A stretch of 39,468 nucleotides of DNA, from NCBI GenBank assembly GCA_034723395.1, contig JAYEOW010000028.1, positions 1 through 39,468 on the forward strand. Direction: 5' to 3'. This DNA comes from Candidatus Margulisiibacteriota bacterium. GTDB taxonomy: Bacteria > Margulisbacteria > WOR-1 > O2-12-FULL-45-9. This document shows positions 19,946-27,802 of this stretch, piece by piece. The position numbers and the translations under genes are program-made. Below the pieces are notes generated by a model. The model had not been told where the DNA came from and made no database searches. It worked only from the letters and a program-made list of their open reading frames with translations. The first letter of the stretch is position 1. The number at the start of each line of letters is the position of its first letter.

Positions 19946-20706
19946 GCCGTTACCTTCGGGCCCTTTTACGGCTGCAGTCTTTTCTTTCCTGGATTTTTTG
20001 TGTTCTCGTTTTTGCTCCTGTTATTTTGGTAATTTCCCGTTTTTATTCTATCAAGGTTTACGGAAAAGGTAATTTAGGTAATCTTAAAGGGCCTTTGATC
20101 ATCGTAAGCAATCACCTCACCTTGATCGACTCATTATTTATTGGATTTGTAGTGGCTTTTCCGCAATCATATTGGAAGCCGCGGCGGCTAACCTGGCATT
20201 TGCCCGAAGCTACAAATTATTCCAGAGGGATGCTTGCCCCGTTGGTTTGGCTCGGCAGATCCATCCCTATTTTGAGGAACGTGCCGCCCGGGGAGCAAAA
20301 ATCGGCAAAGGATAAAGTTATCTGTGTTCTTAAAAATAAGGAATTAATTCATATCTTTCCTGAAGGGACCCGGAGCCGGACCGGTAGAGTTGAGAGCTTC
20401 ACCAACGGCATTGGCAGGATATACATGCGAGTGCCGGATTGCCGAGTCCTTCCTGTGTATATCAGGGGGAGTGAAAATGTTTTGCCTGTTAATTGCAAGT
20501 TCCCTAAGCTTTTTAAAAAGATCGATATCGTTATTGGGAAACCCCAAAAACTGGCGTCTGAACAAAAAGGGCTAAGGGCTGCAGTTGATATTTCTGAACA
20601 AATTTATGCTATTTTAAAAGGTATGGAAAATGAGTATTTTGAGGGCAAAATGTACAGGGCCTCGGAAATAATTGGGGAGAACACAGGTTGTGAAGATATT
20701 AATTAA
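19942..20706 (+). CDS. PlsC-family lysophospholipid acyltransferase
   Basis: NHLTLID (HxxxxD), FPEGTRS, N-terminal hydrophobic helix. Confidence 0.88.
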   Translation: MSRYLRALLRLQSFLSWIFCVLVFAPVILVISRFYSIKVYGKGNLGNLKGPLIIVSNHLTLIDSLFIGFVVAFPQSYWKPRRLTWHLPEATNYSRGMLAPLVWLGRSIPILRNVPPGEQKSAKDKVICVLKNKELIHIFPEGTRSRTGRVESFTNGIGRIYMRVPDCRVLPVYIRGSENVLPVNCKFPKLFKKIDIVIGKPQKLASEQKGLRAAVDISEQIYAILKGMENEYFEGKMYRASEIIGENTGCEDIN

Positions 20707-21409
20707 TGCCATAAAATTTTTGCAGGTCTTTTGTGTGATTGTTTACGCTTATATTGCGCGGCCGTACCATCTCTTTGTTTATTATTTTGACCGGAGAGCG
20801 TATTATCGGGCTATCCATTCCAGTTCTAAGTTTATTCTTTTTTGCCTGGGCATCAGGGTTTCACTTTTTGACCCAAAAAACATACCCAAACCCGGCGGCG
20901 CGTATTTGATTGCTGCCAACCATCAGAGCTATATGGATAGTAATATTTTATCGAGTTTGATCCCCTGTGTTTTTATCCAGCGCCCGGTCTCATATCTCCC
21001 GGGTATTTCCTGGCATTTTGGCAAGATGTCATTAATCATTAAGCGTGACAGTCCTGCCAGTATTATCAAGGCTGTTCGATATGTAAAAAAAGTGGCTATT
21101 GATCAACAGACTCCAGTTGTCATGTTCCCCGAATCTACACGTAGTGTCGATGGGTCTCTTGGAAATTTACGGTTGGGGGTTGCAACGATTGCAAAAAATT
21201 TAAAGATACCAATTTTACCTATCACTATCTTCAATTCCAGAGAAGTTTTAGCTAAAGGCAAGGCTATTCATGATGCTGGCGCTGTTTACGTCGCAGCTCA
21301 AAAACCAATTGATGGGAATTATGTGCAAAACCATTCCGTTGAAGAAATAACCGGGGAAATTAGGGCGAGGCTGCAGGCCGGCCTGGATTCTATTGGCCAG
21401 AGAATTTAA
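20672..21409 (+). CDS. Second PlsC-family acyltransferase (start uncertain)
   Basis: NHQSYMD, FPESTRS, PILPITI. Confidence 0.85.
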   Translation: MGRTQVVKILINAIKFLQVFCVIVYAYIARPYHLFVYYFDRRAYYRAIHSSSKFILFCLGIRVSLFDPKNIPKPGGAYLIAANHQSYMDSNILSSLIPCVFIQRPVSYLPGISWHFGKMSLIIKRDSPASIIKAVRYVKKVAIDQQTPVVMFPESTRSVDGSLGNLRLGVATIAKNLKIPILPITIFNSREVLAKGKAIHDAGAVYVAAQKPIDGNYVQNHSVEEITGEIRARLQAGLDSIGQRI

Positions 21410-21411
21410 TT

Positions 21412-21768
21412 ATGACTTTTGCGGTTGGGAATGATATAGTATTTATTCCGGACTTTGAAAAAAGCCTTTCCGAGCCTTTTAAAAAGCGGGTGTTTTCCGA
21501 GCTCGAAATTGATCAGATAGAAAAATACAAAGCCTGTCCGCTTATAAGGTATGCCAGCACCTGGGCAGCCAAAGAATCCGTGGTTAAGGCGCTCAGGCAG
21601 GTCTTTGACGGGGGATTGGGCCTGGCCTGGAAGGATATCCAGGTTATTAGGGAAAACAAAATACCCGGGGTACGGATATTAATGCCCCGCTATTCACAGT
21701 TATCTTTCTCTTTATCCCTCAGCCATGATCGTGACTATGCTTTCGCGGTGGTTGTTTTAAAAAAATGA
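21412..21768 (+). CDS. acpS: Holo-ACP synthase (AcpS-type phosphopantetheinyl transferase)
   Basis: VGNDIV, WAAKESVVKA, SLSHD; 118 aa. Confidence 0.88.
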   Translation: MTFAVGNDIVFIPDFEKSLSEPFKKRVFSELEIDQIEKYKACPLIRYASTWAAKESVVKALRQVFDGGLGLAWKDIQVIRENKIPGVRILMPRYSQLSFSLSLSHDRDYAFAVVVLKK

Positions 21769-21833
21769 GAGCCCCGGCTGAAGCTCTCAAACAATAGCTG
21801 AAATTACTCCTCTTTATTTCTGATAAATACTTG

Positions 21834-22436
21834 ATGACTTTTAATATTTGTCCGCCAGCAAATTCATATGTCCGTAGGAAAATACTCCCTTTCTATGCTC
21901 AAAAAAGGGCGCGAATAAGGAGGCCTCTTATAGAACGCGCGCGCGAGGCCAGGGATAAACTGGCCATTAATTATTCCCAGGCGGTCGATTATTGGTGGCG
22001 CGAAGAGTTCCAGCTGGGGGGGGGGAATATATTTTCAATTAAGAACGAAGCGAAAAACGCCGATGGAAAACAGATCTCTCTGGTCATTTCGCATTTCGGA
22101 TCGATCTTTCAGGATTCTGATGTCCAGATCAGGTGCAGGGAATCGGGAGCCAGAGATTATACGGCTGTTATTGACGCTACCCCTTTTGGCGGTGACAAGA
22201 TTTTTCATATCCGGTTTGTGGTGGTACGCAATAATTTGATCGATCTGGCATCAATCCGTTCGGAAGCTAAGGGCTATGGAGGAAAAGGATTGACCGCGCT
22301 TTATAATTTTGCCAAGGATATCGGATGCCGCGAGATCATCTACACTCCCAAGGATGATAGCGCCCGGCGGTTCTATTTACATATGGATTTTATTAGTGCG
22401 GCATCACAAGACCTTTTTAGGCTTCGGATTTCATAG
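21834..22436 (+). CDS. Hypothetical protein with a C-terminal GNAT-like fold
   Basis: KGYGGKGL...ARRFYLHMDF resembles GNAT motifs A and B; start at ATG 21834 or TTG 21831. Confidence 0.5.
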   Translation: MTFNICPPANSYVRRKILPFYAQKRARIRRPLIERAREARDKLAINYSQAVDYWWREEFQLGGGNIFSIKNEAKNADGKQISLVISHFGSIFQDSDVQIRCRESGARDYTAVIDATPFGGDKIFHIRFVVVRNNLIDLASIRSEAKGYGGKGLTALYNFAKDIGCREIIYTPKDDSARRFYLHMDFISAASQDLFRLRIS

Positions 22437-22457
22437 AACTCATGCTATAATTTTCTC

Positions 22458-23426
22458 GTGAAACTCTCTAAATTAGGCGAATTTGGGCTGATCGAAAAGA
22501 TCAATAATATCATCGGAGAACCGGCCAGGAAAGCGGTCCTCGGCATCGGCGATGATACCGCTGTTATTGAAATTCAAAATTCTAATATCGAAATCCTAAA
22601 TAAATTCCAATTTACAAAATCCAAATATCAGTTGTTAACAACTGATACAATGGTCCAGGGTGTTCATTTCAGGTTAAAAGGCACCTCTTTTTATGATCTA
22701 GGGGAAAGAGCGCTCGCGATTAATATTTCCGACATAGCTTCGATGGGCGGGAGCCCGACCTATGCTTTGGTGACGATCGGAGCGAATAAAAACTTTTCGG
22801 TCGAAAAGATAGAGGAGCTTTACAAAGGTATCAGGGACCTGGCAAAAAGGTACAAGATCGGCGTTGTCGGCGGCGAGACGGTCGGCTCTCCAAAAGAATT
22901 TGTGATCAGCATTACTTTATTGGGCGAGGCCGGGAAAGAATATTTGCTTACGCGTTCGGGGGCGCAGGTCGGGGATTCGATCCTGGTGACCGGCAACTTT
23001 GGCGGGCCGAAAGCGGCGAAATTCGATATCGGTAAGTCAAAATTAAATGTTCGTTTGAAGGAAGCGGACCTGATTGCGAAGTCAGGATTGTGCACTTCGA
23101 TGACCGATTCAAGCGATGGGTTGGTGCGGTCGGTCGTGGAGATTTGCAGGAAGAGCAACTCTGGGGCAAGGTTATACGCGGATTGTGTGCCGATCGCCAA
23201 GAAGGCGAGGCTTAAACAGGCGCTTTACGGCGGAGAGGAATATGAGCTCGTTTTTACCGCGCCGGAAGAAAAGGCCAAAGAGTTAAAAAGCCTTATCTCG
23301 AGAAAAAGTAGGACAAAGGTCTCGATTTGCGGGAAGATCGTTCCTGATTACGGCGAAGTGAAAGTTGTTAATATGCAGGGGAAAGTAAGCCCTATTTTAT
23401 CTGCCGGGTTTGAGCATTTTAAATGA
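22458..23426 (+). CDS. thiL: Thiamine-monophosphate kinase
   Basis: LGEFGLI, GIGDDTA, NISDIASMGG, DSSDGL, GGEEYEL. Confidence 0.92.
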   Translation: MKLSKLGEFGLIEKINNIIGEPARKAVLGIGDDTAVIEIQNSNIEILNKFQFTKSKYQLLTTDTMVQGVHFRLKGTSFYDLGERALAINISDIASMGGSPTYALVTIGANKNFSVEKIEELYKGIRDLAKRYKIGVVGGETVGSPKEFVISITLLGEAGKEYLLTRSGAQVGDSILVTGNFGGPKAAKFDIGKSKLNVRLKEADLIAKSGLCTSMTDSSDGLVRSVVEICRKSNSGARLYADCVPIAKKARLKQALYGGEEYELVFTAPEEKAKELKSLISRKSRTKVSICGKIVPDYGEVKVVNMQGKVSPILSAGFEHFK

Positions 23427-24550
23427 TAAATAAACGAAGAATGATCAATAAATTTAAACAATTGGTAAAGATCGACAGCCTTTCTTTGCGCGAGGGAAAG
23501 GTGATGCGATATTTGATATGTGAGATGAAAGCCTTGGGATTGAAACCGTACTTTACGGGTAAGCCGAAGAATGGCGAAGTTGCTAATTTGATCGTTGATG
23601 TTCCAGGCAGGGGAAAGAAAAGCCCTTGTTTCCTGCTTAACGCCCATGTGGATACCGTTTCACCCGGAAAAAATATCAAGCCGATCGAGAAGGGGAATTT
23701 TATTACATCTGACGGGACGACTATTCTGGGAGCGGATGATAAATCAGGGGTTGCCGCTATACTTGAGATCTTGACTGTGTTAAAGAAGAAAAAAAGAGAG
23801 CATCCGCCCATACAGGTTGTTTTTACTGTTGCCGAAGAGATCGGATTGATTGGGGCAAACTCACTCCCCAAAAATATCTTATATGCCGATTATGGAATAG
23901 TATTTGACAGCGGGGGAGTTGAAGACATCGTTTATAAAGCTCCGTCCCAGGTTAATTTAACGGCGACGGTGATCGGAAAATCTGCCCATGCCGGGATCCA
24001 TCCTGAAGAAGGAATTAATGCGATCAAGGTTGCTTCGGAAGCGATCGCCAAAATGAAGTTTGGGCGGATCGACAAAGAGACGACGGCAAATATCGGGTTT
24101 ATTAAGGGGGGCAAAGCAACCAATATTATTCCGGACGAAGTCCAGATAAAGGGCGAAGCGCGCAGCCACGAGCCTAAGAAACTAAAGAAACAAATCGGCC
24201 ATATGAAGGGTGTGCTGACTAAGACCTGTAAAAAGTTTGGAGCTAAAGTGAAGATCGAAACTAAACTTATGTATCGATCGTTTGAAGTTAAACGATCTTC
24301 TAAAATATTAAGATTGGCGTTATCTGCGCTAAAAAGGAACAAAATCAAGCCGAAATTAAAGCAGACCGGCGGCGGATCGGACGCGAATGTTTTTAATGGA
24401 TATGGGATTCCATCAGTTATTATGGGATCTGGAATGAAAAATGTGCATACGACATCAGAAAAACTAGTGATAAAAGATCTGATTAAAGGAGCAGCAGTAG
24501 TTCTTGATTTGATATGTGAGGCCCCTCGACAGAGCTCGGGGCAAGTGTGA
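23423..24550 (+). CDS. M20-family (peptidase T-like) metallohydrolase
   Basis: AHVDTV, GADDKSG, AEEIG, GGGSDAN, VHT. Confidence 0.9.
   Translation: MINKRRMINKFKQLVKIDSLSLREGKVMRYLICEMKALGLKPYFTGKPKNGEVANLIVDVPGRGKKSPCFLLNAHVDTVSPGKNIKPIEKGNFITSDGTTILGADDKSGVAAILEILTVLKKKKREHPPIQVVFTVAEEIGLIGANSLPKNILYADYGIVFDSGGVEDIVYKAPSQVNLTATVIGKSAHAGIHPEEGINAIKVASEAIAKMKFGRIDKETTANIGFIKGGKATNIIPDEVQIKGEARSHEPKKLKKQIGHMKGVLTKTCKKFGAKVKIETKLMYRSFEVKRSSKILRLALSALKRNKIKPKLKQTGGGSDANVFNGYGIPSVIMGSGMKNVHTTSEKLVIKDLIKGAAVVLDLICEAPRQSSGQV
24521..24545 (+). repeat. REP-like palindrome encoding the peptidase C-terminus (APRQSSGQ)
   Basis: GCCCCTCGACAGAGCTCGGGGCAAG. Confidence 0.8.
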
Positions 24551-24551
24551 T

Positions 24552-25091
24552 ATGAGAGAAAAAGAGACCAAGCGGGAAAAGATATATAAAGGGACCCTGC
24601 TGGGTTTAAGGAGAGATACGGTTAAGCTGCCGAATGGAAAAAGTTCGACCAGGGAGATCGTGGAGCATCCGGGGGCAGTTGCTGTAGTGGCGATAACTAA
24701 AGATAAGGAGCTAGTTTTAGTCCGCCAATTCAGGAAGCCGACCGAGCAGGTATTGCTCGAGATCCCTGCCGGTGTTCCAAAGAAAGATGAAAAGCCGGAT
24801 GTCTGCGCAAGAAGGGAACTTGAGGAAGAAACCGGTTTCCGTGCCAAAAAGGTTAAAAAAGTTTGGGAAGGCTACGCGTCTCCCGGATATTCGGACGAGC
24901 TGATCCAGTTTTGCGTTGCTGAGGACATGACTAAGCTTAAGCAGAATATGGATGAAGATGAGTTTATCGAAGTAGATATTGTAGATATAGATGCCTGTTT
25001 TGATATGTTAAAAGCGGGGAAGATCCGTGATAACAAGACGATGGTCGGGATCACCCTGGCGGAAATGTATATAAATGGAGAAATATCTTAA
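24552..25091 (+). CDS. nudF: NUDIX hydrolase, ADP-ribose pyrophosphatase type
   Basis: REIVEHPGAVAV, LEIPAG...ARRELEEETG, SPGYSDE; start taken at ATG 24552. Confidence 0.85.
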   Translation: MREKETKREKIYKGTLLGLRRDTVKLPNGKSSTREIVEHPGAVAVVAITKDKELVLVRQFRKPTEQVLLEIPAGVPKKDEKPDVCARRELEEETGFRAKKVKKVWEGYASPGYSDELIQFCVAEDMTKLKQNMDEDEFIEVDIVDIDACFDMLKAGKIRDNKTMVGITLAEMYINGEIS

Positions 25092-25950
25092 AGACTTTCT
25101 GGATTTTATAAAGATCGAACGCGGTTATTCGGAGAATACCGTCAAATCTTACCAAAAAGATCTTAATGATTTTACAAAATATTCTAAGATAAGAGAGTCG
25201 CGATATGTGAGACGTGATATTATAAAAACCTATCTTGAATATTTATACGATAACGGATTCTCAGTCTCATCTGCCGAAAGAAAGCTCGCCTGCCTAAAAT
25301 CATTTTTTAAATATTTTTTACGCGAAGGAAAGATCGATAAAGATCCGACCGGGGATATTAAACTTCCCAAGAAGGCGAAGCGTTTGCCAAAGGCTTTAGG
25401 GATTGGCGAAACTATCCGCTTGATCTCTTCACCGCGCGAAAAAGATCATATCTCGATGCGCGATGCGGCGCTGCTCGAAATGTTATACGCCACCGGAATG
25501 CGCGCTTCTGAAATAGTCGGATTGGATATCGCCGATATTAACCTTTCGGTATCATTCGTTCGCTGTTTAGGGAAAGGTTCTAAGGAGCGGATCGTTCCGA
25601 TCAATAAAGTTACGCTAAAGGCGATCAAGGTCTATCTTGAAAAAGGGAGGTTGGAGTTCCCGCAAAAAGATGATAAGGCGCTATTTTTAGATAAGAATGG
25701 AAAACGTTTGGGACGCCAGGGACTATGGTACATAATTAAAAAATATGTTAAGAAGTCGGGGGTAAAAGGAAAAACTTCTCCGCATACTCTTCGCCATTCG
25801 TTCGCTACCCATCTTTTAGAAAAAGGAGCTGACCTGCGTTCGGTCCAGGAGATGCTGGGGCACGCGGATATCTCGACCACGCAGATCTACACTTCGGTGT
25901 CGCGCGAGAGGCTAAAAAGAGTGTATAATAAAGCGCACCCTAGGGCTTAA
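25075..25950 (+). CDS. xerD: Site-specific tyrosine recombinase XerD
   Basis: YATGMRASE, GKGSKER, SPHTLRHSFATHLL, LGHADISTTQIYT, HPRA C-terminus. Confidence 0.9.
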   Translation: MEKYLKDFLDFIKIERGYSENTVKSYQKDLNDFTKYSKIRESRYVRRDIIKTYLEYLYDNGFSVSSAERKLACLKSFFKYFLREGKIDKDPTGDIKLPKKAKRLPKALGIGETIRLISSPREKDHISMRDAALLEMLYATGMRASEIVGLDIADINLSVSFVRCLGKGSKERIVPINKVTLKAIKVYLEKGRLEFPQKDDKALFLDKNGKRLGRQGLWYIIKKYVKKSGVKGKTSPHTLRHSFATHLLEKGADLRSVQEMLGHADISTTQIYTSVSRERLKRVYNKAHPRA

Positions 25951-25952
25951 CT

Positions 25953-26579
25953 ATGATCATATTATTTTATATATTAATTGCGTTTGTCCTTTTATATTCG
26001 ATCATCCTGCACGAGATGGCGCACGGCAAGGTTGCCGAGATGATGGGGGATGATACCGCGCGGATGTACGGGCGGCTGACCTTAAACCCGATCCCGCATC
26101 TCGACCTCTTTGGGACTATGCTGCCGATCTTCCTTCTAATGAGCGGATCGCCGATCGTCTTTGGCTGGGCCAAGCCGGTGCCGATCAATCCGCATAACTT
26201 TACCGATTATAAACGGGGGATGATCTGGGTAAGCGCTGCGGGGATACTGACCAACCTTTTAGTCGCCTGGATACTGGCGACCATTCTTAAGCTTATCCCG
26301 ACCAATACCGATCTTTTATATATATTTGCGAGAGCATTAGCTTTTGGCGTCCGCATTAATATTGTGCTGGCGATCTTTAACCTGATCCCGATCCCGCCGC
26401 TGGACGGTTCCAGGCTCCTTTCGATGTTTCTCCCTTCCGAATACTCCGAGTATATCTACCGGATGGAGCCGTACGGATTTTTTATCCTGTTATTCGTTTT
26501 GATCTTCCCGCCAACGCAGGCGCTGCTTTGGGGAGCGATAAATTTTGTTTATAACCTAATGATGTTTAATTTGTTTTAG
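25953..26579 (+). CDS. Site-2 protease (M50 family)
   Basis: HEMAH and FNLIPIPPLDG; multiple transmembrane segments. Confidence 0.92.
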   Translation: MIILFYILIAFVLLYSIILHEMAHGKVAEMMGDDTARMYGRLTLNPIPHLDLFGTMLPIFLLMSGSPIVFGWAKPVPINPHNFTDYKRGMIWVSAAGILTNLLVAWILATILKLIPTNTDLLYIFARALAFGVRINIVLAIFNLIPIPPLDGSRLLSMFLPSEYSEYIYRMEPYGFFILLFVLIFPPTQALLWGAINFVYNLMMFNLF

Positions 26580-26591
26580 CGGGGGGATGGG

Positions 26592-27761
26592 ATGTATACT
26601 TTACTGGAATCATTAGAAAAATTTGGGATGAACCTGGGGCTCGAAAGAGTGACCTATCTTTTAAAGCGCTTGGGCAACCCGCAGAACAAGTTCCAATCGA
26701 TCCATATCGCGGGGACCAATGGAAAAGGCTCGACCGCCGCGGTTGCCGCTTCGATCTTAAAAGAATCGGGCTATAAAGTGGGTCTTTATACCTCTCCGCA
26801 CCTGTTTGACTTTACCGAAAGGGTAAAGGTTAACGGTAAAAATATATCTAAGGCCGAATTTAGCAAAGGTCTGAATCTGATCGAAAAGATCGTGAAAAGG
26901 CATAAAGAGAAACCGACGGTTTTTGAGGTATTGACCGCGCTTGCATTCTGGTACTTTGCCAGGAAAAAGGTCAAATATGCGGTGGTTGAGACCGGTTTAG
27001 GGGGGCGTTTGGATGCCACTAATGTACTAAAACCGCTGGTGACGATTATCACCAATATCGACTACGAGCATGCCGATATCCTCGGCCCCAGTTTGGAGAA
27101 CATCACCGTGGAAAAGGCTGGGATTATTAAGCCAAAAACAGCGGTAGTGACCGCGGAGAATCGTTCCGGGCTGGTAAGGATCATAAAGCGGAGCTGTGAT
27201 GATAAGAAATGCACGCTGGTTCAGGTAGAAGCAGAGCAGCCCGAATTAGTGAGCGGATTGTTTGGTCCCCACCAAAAAATGAATGCGGCCTGCGCTATAT
27301 CCGCGATTCGTTTAGCGTCGATAAAGTTGACGCCGAAGGCGGTCGAAAAGGGGCTCAAGAACGTCAACTGGCCGGGGCGTTTCCAGGTGTTAAAGAAGAA
27401 GCCGCTGATCATTGTGGATGGAGCGCACAACCCGGCGGGGGCGAAGGCGCTTAGGTTGACGATTAACCACGAGTTCCCGCGCAAGTACACGATTATTTTT
27501 GGCTGTCAGGAGCGGAAGGACTTTGAAAATATTATCCGCGAGCTTGCGCCGATCACCAAAAAGGTAATCATAACCAAATCATCACATAAGTATGCCGCCG
27601 ATCCCCGCTATCTTTACAACCATTTTCGGAGGCATAAATACCCCATGTCGGTCACTTATTCGGTCAAAGAGGCGGTAAAGGAGTGGGATCGTAAAAGTCC
27701 GCTTTTAGTTTCCGGCTCTCTCTTCCTGGTGGCCGATAGCTTGAAGTTGCTATCACGGTAA
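26592..27761 (+). CDS. folC: Folylpolyglutamate/dihydrofolate synthase
   Basis: HIAGTNGKGS, YTSPHL, ETGLGGRLDATN, WPGRF, DGAHN. Confidence 0.95.
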   Translation: MYTLLESLEKFGMNLGLERVTYLLKRLGNPQNKFQSIHIAGTNGKGSTAAVAASILKESGYKVGLYTSPHLFDFTERVKVNGKNISKAEFSKGLNLIEKIVKRHKEKPTVFEVLTALAFWYFARKKVKYAVVETGLGGRLDATNVLKPLVTIITNIDYEHADILGPSLENITVEKAGIIKPKTAVVTAENRSGLVRIIKRSCDDKKCTLVQVEAEQPELVSGLFGPHQKMNAACAISAIRLASIKLTPKAVEKGLKNVNWPGRFQVLKKKPLIIVDGAHNPAGAKALRLTINHEFPRKYTIIFGCQERKDFENIIRELAPITKKVIITKSSHKYAADPRYLYNHFRRHKYPMSVTYSVKEAVKEWDRKSPLLVSGSLFLVADSLKLLSR

Positions 27762-27802
27762 TATTTCTTTAATATCCCCCTCAATAATAGTATAATCTGA
27801 AT

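Noticed and set aside
23423..23452. MINK...MINK duplication at the peptidase start
   Set aside because: Short, and compatible with the normal helical N-terminus of this family
25075..25950. Tyrosine recombinase as the integrase of the defence island
   Set aside because: Sequence and nudF-linked context fit housekeeping XerD, and two core genes separate it from the island
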